From contig WJMO01000005.1 of the NCBI GenBank assembly GCA_014727915.1, positions 288,001 through 352,000 of the forward strand: DNA of 64,000 nucleotides, written 5' to 3'. Position numbers and translations under genes: made by a program. Origin of the DNA: Candidatus Altiarchaeales archaeon (lineage in GTDB: Archaea; Altiarchaeota; Altiarchaeia; IMC4; SCGC-AAA252-I15). Positions 39,591-48,503 of the stretch are shown piece by piece; positions within the stretch are counted from its first letter, which is position 1; each line of letters begins with the position of its first letter. The notes under the pieces are model-generated. The model had not been told where the DNA came from. It made no database searches and saw only the letters and a program-made list of their open reading frames with translations.

Positions 39591-42392
39591 ATGTCCGATT
39601 CGGCTGAAATCGAGGCCAAATGGCTCAAACGTTGGGAGGAGGCGGGAGCCTTCGAAAGCGACCCTGACAGCAGGGATTCCTTCTATCTCACGGTTGCCTA
39701 CCCCTACCCGTCGGGGGGGATGCACATCGGTCACGCCCGAACCTACACCGTACCCGACGTCATAGCCCGGTATAAGCGCATGCAAGGCTACAACGTATTG
39801 TTCCCGATGGCCTGGCACGTCACCGGCACTCCCATCATCGGCGCGTTGAACCGGCTGAAGGAGGGAGAGGAAAAACAGCTCAAGGTCCTCAGGGAAGTCT
39901 ATGGAATGTCAGACGAGGAATTGAACTCCATCAAGGAGCCCCTGGACTTCGCCCGCTACTTCATCGACAGCCACTACCGGCCCAGCATGCGCAAGCTCGG
40001 CTATACGATCGACTGGCGCCGCCAGTTCACCACCAACGACCCGCACTACAACGCCTTCATCACATGGCAGTACATGACCTTGAAAGACCGGGGCCTCATA
40101 AAGAAGGGACTGCACCCGGTCAAGTTCTGCACCAAGGACGAGAACCCGGTCACCACGCACGACCTCTTGGAGGGCGCTGAAGCTGACACCCAGGAGTTCA
40201 CACTGCTCAAGTTCGAACACGACGGATCCTACATCATAGCCGCCACCCTCCGGCCTGAGACCATGTGGGGCCAGACCAACATGTGGGTTAACCCGGCTGT
40301 GACCTATGTGAAGGCCGACGTGGACGGGGAGGAGTGGATAATCAGCAGGCAGTGCGCCGGCAAGCTGAAGCTCCAGGACAGGGGGGTGGAGGTCAAAGGC
40401 GAGGTCAAGGGCGGCGACCTGCTCGGCAAGTACTGCAAGGCTCCAGTCATCGACAGGGACATAATAATACTGCCCTCCGACTTCCCGGACCCTGACATCG
40501 GCACCGGCCTTGTTACTTCAGTCCCCTCCGACGCGCCCTACGACTGGATCGCGCTGAAGGACCTCCAAGGTGACAGGGCAACATGCGAAAAACACGGCTT
40601 AGACTACGATGTTGTGAAAGCGATCGAGACCATCCCGATCATAGACATCGAGGGCTTCGGCCCGGAGGCTGCGAAGGACATGGTGGAGCGTATGGCCATC
40701 CGAAGCCAGCATGACACGGAAAAGCTGGAGGAGGCGACGAAGGAGGTTTACAAGCAGGGCTTCCACGCAGGCTTCATGAACGAGAACTGCGGCCCCTACA
40801 AGGGCATGGCCGTGGTCCGCGCCAAGGAGAAGATGAAGCAGGCCCTCCTGGGCGAGGGCCGGGCGGACACGATGCTGGAGTTCAGCGAGCCCGTCATATG
40901 CCGGTGCGGCGGCCGCGTGGTGGTAGCCAAGGCCGAGAGCTGGTTCATCGACTACGCCAACGAGGACTGGAAGGAGCAGGTTTGCGGGTGCATCTATAAC
41001 CTCAACACCATACCAGACCGGACCAAACAGGATTATATGAACACTGTGGACTGGCTTAGGGAATGGCCTTGCATCCGCAACTATGGCCTCGGAACCAAGC
41101 TCCCATTCGATGACCGGTTCATGATAGAGCCGTTGTCGGACTCGACCATTTACATGGCCTACTATACCATAAGCCATCTGCTGGAGGAACTTGAGCCGGA
41201 ACAGCTGACACGGGAGTTCTTCGACTACATCTTCAGGGGAGAGGGCAAACCCGGGGAAATCTCAAATAATCTAAACATTCCTTTAAATAATTTGAAAAAA
41301 ATCCGCGATAGTTTTGACTACTGGTATCCTCAGGCCTGGAGGTGCAGCGCCCTCGAGCTCATCCAGAACCACCTCACCTTCATGCTCTTCCACCACTGCG
41401 CCCTCTTCAACGCGGACAAATGGCCCCTGGGAATCGCATCCTTTGGCATGGGTTTGCTGGAGGGGGAGAAGATGAGCTCCTCCAAGGGTAACGTGATACT
41501 GGTGAAGGAAGCGGTTGAAAAGCATGGAGCTGACGTCACCCGCCTGTTCCTGATGGGCAATGCGGAGCCCTGGCAGGACTTCGACTGGCGTGAGAACCTG
41601 GTGGAGGCGACGATGAAGCGGCTGAACCAGTTCAAGAAGCTGGTGTTGGACTCGCACTCACTTGAGGGCAAATCTGAAATCCGGCCCATCGACCGTTGGA
41701 TGATGTCCCGGCTTAACAGGAGGATAATGGAGGCTGTCGAGTCCCTGGAGGCCTTCCAGACCCGCAAAGCCCTTCAATCGATGTTCTATGAGATGTTCAA
41801 TGACATCTCATGGTATCAGCGCAGGCGCGACCCGAATCCGGAGGTCATGCGGGAGCTGGCCAACGCGTGGGTCCGACTCCTCACGCCATTCACACCCTTC
41901 ACCTGCGAGGAACTCTGGGAGAATATCGGCGGCGAAGGATTCGTCTCACAGGCCGAATATCCCACCGCGGACGAGTCCAAGCTTGACGAGCGTTCCGAGG
42001 CATCCGAGGAATATCTCCGCAGCCTAATGGAAGACGTGCAGAACATATTGAATGTGACGAAGAAATCACCCTCTAAGATCTCACTATACACTTCCCCCAG
42101 ATGGAAATACACTGTGTTCAACGCTATCGTCGAGGGCAGGCAGATAAAGGACGTGATGGCCGACCCTGAGGTGAAGAGGAACGGGAAGCAGGCCGCGAAG
42201 CTCATGCAGACCCGCAGGGACGAGATACCACACGTTTTACTGTCTCCTGAGGATGAATCCGCAGTTTTAGGGTATGCATACCAATTCTTATCAAGGGAGT
42301 TCAAAGCGGAAGTGTCGATCAACCCGGAATCAGACCCTGAGGGAAAGGCGAAATTCGCCCAACCCATGAAACCGGGCATCTTCATCGAGTGA
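39591..42392 (+). CDS. leuS: Leucine--tRNA ligase (archaeal type)
   Basis: YPYPSG.MHIGH, ATLRPET, SVPSDAPYD, EPLSDSTIYMAYY, KMSSSKGN. Confidence 0.96.
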   Translation: MSDSAEIEAKWLKRWEEAGAFESDPDSRDSFYLTVAYPYPSGGMHIGHARTYTVPDVIARYKRMQGYNVLFPMAWHVTGTPIIGALNRLKEGEEKQLKVLREVYGMSDEELNSIKEPLDFARYFIDSHYRPSMRKLGYTIDWRRQFTTNDPHYNAFITWQYMTLKDRGLIKKGLHPVKFCTKDENPVTTHDLLEGAEADTQEFTLLKFEHDGSYIIAATLRPETMWGQTNMWVNPAVTYVKADVDGEEWIISRQCAGKLKLQDRGVEVKGEVKGGDLLGKYCKAPVIDRDIIILPSDFPDPDIGTGLVTSVPSDAPYDWIALKDLQGDRATCEKHGLDYDVVKAIETIPIIDIEGFGPEAAKDMVERMAIRSQHDTEKLEEATKEVYKQGFHAGFMNENCGPYKGMAVVRAKEKMKQALLGEGRADTMLEFSEPVICRCGGRVVVAKAESWFIDYANEDWKEQVCGCIYNLNTIPDRTKQDYMNTVDWLREWPCIRNYGLGTKLPFDDRFMIEPLSDSTIYMAYYTISHLLEELEPEQLTREFFDYIFRGEGKPGEISNNLNIPLNNLKKIRDSFDYWYPQAWRCSALELIQNHLTFMLFHHCALFNADKWPLGIASFGMGLLEGEKMSSSKGNVILVKEAVEKHGADVTRLFLMGNAEPWQDFDWRENLVEATMKRLNQFKKLVLDSHSLEGKSEIRPIDRWMMSRLNRRIMEAVESLEAFQTRKALQSMFYEMFNDISWYQRRRDPNPEVMRELANAWVRLLTPFTPFTCEELWENIGGEGFVSQAEYPTADESKLDERSEASEEYLRSLMEDVQNILNVTKKSPSKISLYTSPRWKYTVFNAIVEGRQIKDVMADPEVKRNGKQAAKLMQTRRDEIPHVLLSPEDESAVLGYAYQFLSREFKAEVSINPESDPEGKAKFAQPMKPGIFIE

Positions 42393-42398
42393 AATAAA

Positions 42399-42785
42399 AT
42401 GCCGGAGTACAAGGAACTCAACCAAGGCCAGCAGCGAGCCATATTGGAGTCTAAGCTCAGGACTGTTGACTTTCCCCTACCCGACATCAGGGACTTCTCC
42501 AGGATCGACAGCATCGCATGGCAGGTGAACGGAAACGAACGGGTCGTTGACCAGTGCATCGAGATCGCCAAGAGATCCTCCAACAAGCGCGAGACCTTAA
42601 CCCTACTGGACAATGCCATGAAACACTGTAAAGGCCAGCGTGAAAGCCCGTCGGAAATCGGGGACAAGCTCTCTGGCGCATTGACGGACATGAAGGAGAT
42701 AACAGCCTACCACTCCTACCCCCCTGAGGGGATTAACAGGATCTTGATACGCAATCATCTGCTGCCCGAGGAGGATGAAAAATGA
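42399..42785 (+). CDS. Hypothetical protein
   Basis: 128-aa ORF tightly coupled between leuS and the next gene. Confidence 0.6.
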   Translation: MPEYKELNQGQQRAILESKLRTVDFPLPDIRDFSRIDSIAWQVNGNERVVDQCIEIAKRSSNKRETLTLLDNAMKHCKGQRESPSEIGDKLSGALTDMKEITAYHSYPPEGINRILIRNHLLPEEDEK

Positions 42786-43075
42786 AGTGCCCCAAAGACG
42801 GATGCGAGATGAAGGAGAAGACAGAGGACGACATCAAAGTCGACGAATGCCCGGAATGCGACGGCGTCTGGCTTGACTGGGGGGAGCTCCAGCGGGCGAC
42901 AGACAACCGGGTGACGGAATACGAGGTCAACTACCGCGGGAAAAGCGGCAGAAACTGTCCCCGGTGCGGAAACAGAATGCGGAAGGGTGACCTGCACTCG
43001 GTGATAGTGGAAGAATGCGAGTGCGGCCTGTTCTTCGACAAGGGAGAGATAAGACAAATCACAATCTACAGCTAG
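42782..43075 (+). CDS. zf-TFIIB-like double zinc-ribbon protein
   Basis: MKCP, DECPECDGVWLD.GEL, CPRC, FFDKGE. Confidence 0.85.
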   Translation: MKCPKDGCEMKEKTEDDIKVDECPECDGVWLDWGELQRATDNRVTEYEVNYRGKSGRNCPRCGNRMRKGDLHSVIVEECECGLFFDKGEIRQITIYS

Positions 43076-43165
43076 GCTTCTATGCACTTACCGGCGGGAA
43101 CCTTTCTCTCTTAGGAAGAAAGAGAAACTTTCACGAAAGAGAAAGAACATTATCACATCCTGATA

Positions 43166-43936
43166 CTATGCTTCGATGCATTTGTCCGCGAACTCCCGAG
43201 CCTCGCTTAACGTGAAATCTCCGGTCAAATCCTTACCCGTCGCCGGACATAACAGCTGCGGAGCGTACTCGGTCCTGTCGAACGCCTGCAGGCAGTCTGT
43301 CAATATCTCCTTGTTAACCGCATGGTCCGCGGTGTAGACATCGTAGACTACTCCGTCATCGTATTCCAAACCCTCCAACTCGTCAACGACCTTGTCGGTG
43401 GACTCGCAGATCGGGCAGTTGCCGGAACTCGTATGGTAGACGATGGAATCCTCTCCCAGCCCGTATCCTTCAACGCAGGAACCGACCCTCTCCAACTCAC
43501 TTTCGAACAGCTGGCAGGACTTCTCCAACCCGCTGAGCAGGCAAATGGTGTGGGCGATGTTATACCGTGTCCGCGCATCCCCCAAGGTGGCCTTGTCCTC
43601 GTACATGACCATGACCGCGGGTTTGCTCACGGCATCGCTGACCTTGAACTGCACAGGGGTTCCCACCTCCTGACTGATCAAATCCATCAACCGGATGTCA
43701 TAGTAGCTGGTGCAATAATCACACTCTCCCTGAACGTGCAGGTCACAGTCCACACAACGGAGGGGATAAAGGTAGTAGACGGTCAAATCCTCAACGGGAT
43801 AGACTGTGTTATTAAACTCAACGACTTCAGTATGCACAGTACCCCCAAAAACGATGAAACCCGCCAGAATCAGGCAGATAACACCCAAAACCCCCGCGGC
43901 AAACCTGTAATCCATCATATCCCCAAACCAAATCAA
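43166..43936 (-). CDS. Membrane-anchored Cys-rich protein with thioredoxin-like CxxC motifs
   Basis: N-terminal TM; CVDC, CDYC, CPIC motifs. Confidence 0.7.
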   Translation of the reverse strand: MIWFGDMMDYRFAAGVLGVICLILAGFIVFGGTVHTEVVEFNNTVYPVEDLTVYYLYPLRCVDCDLHVQGECDYCTSYYDIRLMDLISQEVGTPVQFKVSDAVSKPAVMVMYEDKATLGDARTRYNIAHTICLLSGLEKSCQLFESELERVGSCVEGYGLGEDSIVYHTSSGNCPICESTDKVVDELEGLEYDDGVVYDVYTADHAVNKEILTDCLQAFDRTEYAPQLLCPATGKDLTGDFTLSEAREFADKCIEA

Positions 43937-44050
43937 GAATAAATACTATGCCTACACTAATATAAAAAGCCAGCGCACCAGCCTTGAATTCACACACTAT
44001 GCCAAGGCATGCACAACCTCTACGAGGTTGATAACCTACCCCTCTTCGAG

Positions 44051-44204
44051 GCCGAGGTGGCGATGCCGCAACCTAGCGGTTGCTTACCGCCACCTCGTCC
44101 ACACGATAACACAAAGGATAACACATTGCCGAGGTGGCGATGCCGCAACCTAGCGGTTGCTTACCGCCACCTCGTCCACACGATAACACAAAGGATAACA
44201 CATT
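44051..44204 (+). repeat. Two identical 77-bp tandem units, each starting with the first 12 nt of tRNA-Ser and forming a hairpin
   Basis: Units 44051-44127 and 44128-44204; stems CGAGGTGGCG/CGCCACCTCG and GCAACC/GGTTGC. Confidence 0.92.
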
Positions 44205-44290
44205 GCCGAGGTGGCGGAGCCTGGACTAACGCGCACGCCTGGAAAGCGTGTTCCTTCACGGGAGCTCGAGTTCAAATCTCGACCTCGGCG
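44205..44290 (+). tRNA. tRNA-Ser (GGA)
   Basis: GCCGAGG/CCTCGGC acceptor, CACGC-CTGGAAA-GCGTG anticodon arm, long variable arm, TTCAAAT T-loop, G discriminator. Confidence 0.95.
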
Positions 44291-44359
44291 ATTTATTATC
44301 ATATCAGAGCGATTTCGTCTAGAGAACCGGGAGAGATAAGCGAGCCGTCAGGCGAGCGG

Positions 44360-44375
44360 AATCTCGACCTCGGCG
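44360..44375 (+). repeat. 16-bp direct repeat of the tRNA-Ser 3' end (att-like)
   Basis: AATCTCGACCTCGGCG at 44275-44290 and 44360-44375. Confidence 0.88.
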
Positions 44376-44478
44376 CACGGCTCGTGCCGGAGACATATGT
44401 GTCTCCGGTACGACCAAGAGCTTTTGCTCTTGGTCGCGCCCCGTGCACACGCGGAGCGAGTACCCCCGAAGGGGGTAC
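44375..44478. repeat. Cluster of nested palindromes (REP/MITE-like)
   Basis: CCGGAGACA-TATG-TGTCTCCGG, CGACCAAGAGC-TTTT-GCTCTTGGTCG, GTACCCCC-GAA-GGGGGTAC, outer GCACGG/CCGTGC. Confidence 0.8.
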
Positions 44479-44494
44479 GCACTATAATATTGAA

Positions 44495-44695
44495 ATGTTG
44501 AATTGGGAACGATATAGCATTGATAAAGTAGGGAAAATGGCCGATGGAATTATTATTAGTGCTCTCGGCGGTTTTGTTGCTGCAACTGTATAGGACAACT
44601 TGATTTATTTACTTATGGATTTTTTTTTAATGTTTACAGTTTCTGTTTGGGCAATTCTACAATTTCTGATCTTTTGGGTTAAAACAAAGACCTAA
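44495..44695 (+). pseudogene. AT-rich small membrane-protein ORF interrupted by an in-frame TAG (44591-44593)
   Basis: Frame continues after the TAG with a second hydrophobic segment to TAA 44693-44695. Confidence 0.35.
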
Positions 44696-44732
44696 GTGTT
44701 CTTGGGGTTCGATGGTCTCGGCGCAGGTTTTT

Positions 44733-45440
44733 TTATTTTTTGTTTGTTTTTTTGTTGTGTATTTCTATTCCTTTGTTTGTGATTTCGAATGTTTTGGTGT
44801 CTAGGGGGTGTTTGGTTTCTCGCATTTTTATGACTCTTATTGATCTTGAGTTCAGGGCGGGGTTTATGCCGAGTTTAAAGACTCCATCGCATGCGAACTC
44901 CAGTATCTTATCCTCCTCTTTCGTGCCTTCGAAGTCTTCGATCAGCAGCATGGTCGTTAGTTCCAGCGATCTTATCTCTTCGACCACCAGCCGGTTGGTC
45001 TTCTCCGATTCTGCCTCCAAGCCGGTGCGGGCGAACTGGAGGTCGTAGCCCAGCATGGACTTGTTGTAGAGGTTGTACAGGCTGATGCTGTCCACCACAA
45101 GGCGTTTTATGTTGTGTTCTTTCATCTGTTCCCTGATGTTGTCCGTCATGGTCCTGACGTCCCGGGCCTCCTGGATGAATATGTGGTAGTGTTCGCTGCC
45201 TGCGAGATCCCAGCCGAACTGCAACGCCTGGGTTTCGATGTGGTCTGCCTCCCCCTCCAAGTGGACGAACAGACATTCCTCCCCTGCTTTTATCCCCTCC
45301 CATATGAACTGTATGCCAAGTATTGTCTTGGCAGCTCCTGGGCCGCCGATAACTCCCACTATGAAACCCTCGGGTATGCCCCCGTCCAGCATCTCGTCCA
45401 AGCCTTCAACTCCTGACTTAACCCGTTTGATCTCGCTCAT
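44733..45440 (-). CDS. KaiC/RAD55-like single-domain RecA-superfamily ATPase
   Basis: RVKSGVEGLDEMLDGGIP, GGPGAAKT, RLVVDSIS, DGV, KMRETKH. Confidence 0.92.
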   Translation of the reverse strand: MSEIKRVKSGVEGLDEMLDGGIPEGFIVGVIGGPGAAKTILGIQFIWEGIKAGEECLFVHLEGEADHIETQALQFGWDLAGSEHYHIFIQEARDVRTMTDNIREQMKEHNIKRLVVDSISLYNLYNKSMLGYDLQFARTGLEAESEKTNRLVVEEIRSLELTTMLLIEDFEGTKEEDKILEFACDGVFKLGINPALNSRSIRVIKMRETKHPLDTKTFEITNKGIEIHNKKTNKK

Positions 45441-45480
45441 ACAGTCAACTATTAGATGTGTAAAATAAAAAAATCCAGGT

Positions 45481-46149
45481 TTACTTGCATCTGTTGTTTT
45501 CGCACCCTTTTGGGCAGGGTGTTTGGGTGATAATCCATGTGGTGGGTTTGCACTGGGATTCGCGCGTTCCGGGGTTCTCGCATTCGAAGAGGAAGTGTTC
45601 GCTTGTCAGCTCGCATTCGCCGGTGCATACTGTGTTGGTTATCCCTCCTCCGCAGTCGGTGTCCCGGGTGCATAGCAGGTCAGGGTTTCCCGGGTTGCGG
45701 AGGCAGCTTCCCTCCAAGCATATGCTCTCGCAGGTTTGGACTTTAAACTCCCTCTTTCTCGTCGTGCACCTCGACTCCCCCGACCTTGGAGGGCCGCAGG
45801 CGTAGTGCCTCTGGCATCCGCTGACCTCGTATCTCACGTACTGGTCGTATCCTATGCAGAACAGCTCCACGCTCGTCTCCCTGCCGCCGCAGTCCTCGTC
45901 CGTGTGACAGGCGGTCTCATCTTCCGAATATTCATTCTCGCCGCCTTCGATGGGTTTCGGGCATCTGGGTCCAGCGCATGTGGGGGAGATCCCGCCTGAA
46001 CTGCCATTGTCACGGGTCATTTGATGTTCATCCGCTCCCCGGCCTGCAATTTCCACCTCCTCGGGTTCTCCGGTCTTTGATCCGCCGATACGTTGCATTA
46101 TGCAGCCTGAAAGGATAAGCAGTAGAACAAGCGATGCGAGTGCTCTCAT
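45481..46149 (-). CDS. Cys-rich lipoprotein-like surface protein
   Basis: LILSGC lipobox-like signal; two C..D.DCGG repeats. Confidence 0.75.
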   Translation of the reverse strand: MRALASLVLLLILSGCIMQRIGGSKTGEPEEVEIAGRGADEHQMTRDNGSSGGISPTCAGPRCPKPIEGGENEYSEDETACHTDEDCGGRETSVELFCIGYDQYVRYEVSGCQRHYACGPPRSGESRCTTRKREFKVQTCESICLEGSCLRNPGNPDLLCTRDTDCGGGITNTVCTGECELTSEHFLFECENPGTRESQCKPTTWIITQTPCPKGCENNRCK

Positions 46150-46191
46150 CAGGTTAATGATGATAATATGGGAATAAAACCTCCTGCCTTA

Positions 46192-46560
46192 TCAGAACCG
46201 AACTGAACCCACGCTGCCCAATGACCTGCTGAATTCATCCAAGCGTCCGGTGGCTCTTCCCACAACTGAAATACGCGGCACATGCCCCTCTAGTGGAGCG
46301 AGGGTTGTGTTGGCCCCTATCTCACTCACTCCAGCTCCTTGAACCGGTGTCCGGACCACTGGCGGCTTCCTAGTCTGTATTGGCGGTATCTCGCCCGGGG
46401 CTGCCATCGTTTCCCCTGGCTGCAGATGTACGGCGGCTTTTGCGCCCACTACTGGGATCTGCCCGTCTCCGGCGACGCCCTGCCCTCCATCCAACGTCTT
46501 CCATTCGCCTGTGTGCGTCTCATCAGCTGGTTTTCTCTGTTTTTCCCTCGCCATTTGCAC
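46192..46560 (-). CDS. Hypothetical protein (low complexity)
   Basis: ORF filling the gap; GAGGTGA RBS-like sequence upstream. Confidence 0.5.
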   Translation of the reverse strand: MQMAREKQRKPADETHTGEWKTLDGGQGVAGDGQIPVVGAKAAVHLQPGETMAAPGEIPPIQTRKPPVVRTPVQGAGVSEIGANTTLAPLEGHVPRISVVGRATGRLDEFSRSLGSVGSVRF

Positions 46561-46607
46561 TCACCTCCTCTTATATCTATCCCCGCAGGATTCCAATAAA
46601 TACTTGT

Positions 46608-46922
46608 CTATTGGGCTTCTTGGGCTCTCTTCTCTATGATTTTCTCTAATTCAGCTAAGAGGGTCCTCTCCTGCTCTTCGCTGATTTCCGCCTTTTTGGC
46701 GTCTCCTATGCGCAAGTCGTTCATCTCCGCGTAAACGGCTATTTTCTCGCTCACCGGCGAGCCGAATATCTCCTGGAGCGTCTTGTCCGCGTCGATGTCG
46801 TCCGCGATCCTACGCAGGATGTCCAGTCTTATCGCAATCTTCGGCCGCTTGTAGGCGTCCATCATCTTCTTCTCGATGTCCGCCGACCTTTTATCCAGAT
46901 CCTCACTGACCATTTGAAACAC
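46608..46922 (-). CDS. Hypothetical protein, paralogue of 47431-47694
   Basis: Shared IRLDILR...G...S..IA.....ND motif. Confidence 0.7.
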   Translation of the reverse strand: MFQMVSEDLDKRSADIEKKMMDAYKRPKIAIRLDILRRIADDIDADKTLQEIFGSPVSEKIAVYAEMNDLRIGDAKKAEISEEQERTLLAELEKIIEKRAQEAQ

Positions 46923-47009
46923 CTATGCGAAAACATTAAATTCCAACGTTAAAATACCAGTTCAGTCTCAAAAAACGACTTTTAACCGATTAGCTCCCAT
47001 TTTTTTAAC

Positions 47010-47381
47010 ATGGCATTGGTAGCACAACCTCCAAGGGCTCCGGTAATGTCTCCAAGCCCTCCACCTGTAGGTCTTCAGCAGAATCCCCAGCAGCAGAAGG
47101 AGGAGCTTCTGAAGATTATAGACAAGAAGATGGCCGCCAACCCAGGCTGGAAGCCGGGCGACGGCATCGACTTCAACCCGGATGCCGACCAGGTGGACGG
47201 GATGATAGCCTCTAAGGCGAAGACGTTCCTAGCAGCCGACCAGAGGGTTAAGATGGATTTGGCTCAGGCGGTGTTGGACCCAACTGCTGCAGGAGCTTTT
47301 TTGCAGAATAAGTTCGGACTTGAAAAACCACCCGAAAACCCTCTCTACAAGGTCCAGGTGCTGGCGGCGGCATTGGGTTAG
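47010..47381 (+). CDS. Hypothetical protein with Pro/Gln-rich N-terminus
   Basis: 123-aa ORF with TTTAA promoter-like sequence upstream and T-tract downstream. Confidence 0.65.
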   Translation: MALVAQPPRAPVMSPSPPPVGLQQNPQQQKEELLKIIDKKMAANPGWKPGDGIDFNPDADQVDGMIASKAKTFLAADQRVKMDLAQAVLDPTAAGAFLQNKFGLEKPPENPLYKVQVLAAALG

Positions 47382-47430
47382 ATAACTAACCCATCTTTTA
47401 CCTTTTTTTATGTTTTCCCCTATTTCTACT

Positions 47431-47694
47431 ATGGCCGACGATTTTAAACCTCCTTTCGGTATCAGGTTGGATATTCTCAGGGAATTGATTGATGGGTTGT
47501 CTGGCCGGGATGAGTTGAAGAGTTTCCTCGGCGAGGACCCTTCCAAGAGCATTGCGGCGGTCAGCCAAGACAACGACATACTCTTCTATATCGTGGGTAG
47601 CGAGGGTAACGTGCCGACCGTGACCGGTGAAGACCATGAGACGTTCTTGAACGCGGTTGATTCCGTGTTGCGGAATGTGTTGCCGAAGGGGTAG
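47431..47694 (+). CDS. Hypothetical protein, paralogue of 46608-46922
   Basis: Shared IRLDILR motif; start taken at ATG 47431. Confidence 0.7.
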   Translation: MADDFKPPFGIRLDILRELIDGLSGRDELKSFLGEDPSKSIAAVSQDNDILFYIVGSEGNVPTVTGEDHETFLNAVDSVLRNVLPKG

Positions 47695-47697
47695 AAG

Positions 47698-47982
47698 ATG
47701 CTGAAACAAAGAACGGATGAGAGGGACGCTAGTTTGACCCAGCTCATAAACAACATCGAGACCGAACGCGGACTTAGGAAAAACGGAGAGGGACTCTTCC
47801 CCCAGAAATCCATGGAAGGTGGCGGTGGTCTGATGGCTATGGCCGGTCTTTCCATGCTGAATCCAGTCTGCTTTGGGGTTGGGTTCACCCTGCTGGTGAT
47901 GGGGCAGGCCGAGAAGGAACAGCACCGCATAGTTGAGGACCGTCGTAGGAGTGCGAGAAACCACTACTCACTGGCGGTGTAA
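47698..47982 (+). CDS. Small membrane protein
   Basis: 94-aa ORF 3 nt after the previous stop, with a hydrophobic hairpin. Confidence 0.5.
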   Translation: MLKQRTDERDASLTQLINNIETERGLRKNGEGLFPQKSMEGGGGLMAMAGLSMLNPVCFGVGFTLLVMGQAEKEQHRIVEDRRRSARNHYSLAV

Positions 47983-47989
47983 GCGGATT

Positions 47990-48463
47990 TCATCTATTCT
48001 GTGTTTTCCGGGTTGGGAACCTTATCCTGATGCCGGGCCTGGGTTGATCCAGGTTCTGTTGTTGGTCCAGGTCTTCAGGGGGCAGCCTTTCGATAGGCGT
48101 TACCGGGACTAGTGGCCTGCTTTCAGCCGGTGGGTGCACGGGCACCAGCGGCCGGCGGTCGGGTTCCAAGGCCTCTGGCATAGGTCGTATGTTGTCTGTG
48201 CTGGCAGCAGCCGGAGTGTTCGGTTCCTCTTTGATTTGGCTGTCCTGGGGCCTGTCAGCGGTCAAGCATGCCATCAGAATGGCTGTCGCGGCCGCTCCGA
48301 TGATCCCTCCGGTTATGTGATCGCCGACTCGCTGGCCCAGCCTTCTGCCGTGGTATCTCACATGCTCTCCGGCGGTTGACAGCTTGTCCGAGACGATCTC
48401 CCCGTCTTCGTCGGTGGTGACCTCACGGACCAGTAGCTCCCTTCTGACATCCCTATTGCCCAT
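47990..48463 (-). CDS. Hypothetical single-TM protein with Pro-rich tail
   Basis: TM GGIIGAAATAILMACL; RPLVPV repeated twice. Confidence 0.55.
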   Translation of the reverse strand: MGNRDVRRELLVREVTTDEDGEIVSDKLSTAGEHVRYHGRRLGQRVGDHITGGIIGAAATAILMACLTADRPQDSQIKEEPNTPAAASTDNIRPMPEALEPDRRPLVPVHPPAESRPLVPVTPIERLPPEDLDQQQNLDQPRPGIRIRFPTRKTQNR

Positions 48464-48503
48464 CTTATGTTTAATAATTTGGGGTCGTAGGAATAAATAA
48501 TCC

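Noticed and set aside
44051-44216. CRISPR array
   Set aside because: Units are fully identical with no variable spacers, only two copies, and no cas genes in the window
44009-44593. 194-aa ORF in the track
   Set aside because: Runs through the tandem repeats, tRNA-Ser and palindromes; not a plausible protein
44591-44593. Pyrrolysine/amber read-through
   Set aside because: TAG is used as an ordinary stop by many genes here (cmk, asd, valS, glmU) and no pyl genes are visible
44291-48463. Intact provirus or genomic island at tRNA-Ser
   Set aside because: No integrase or viral genes, and the only att-like repeat seen lies just 85 bp from the tRNA end
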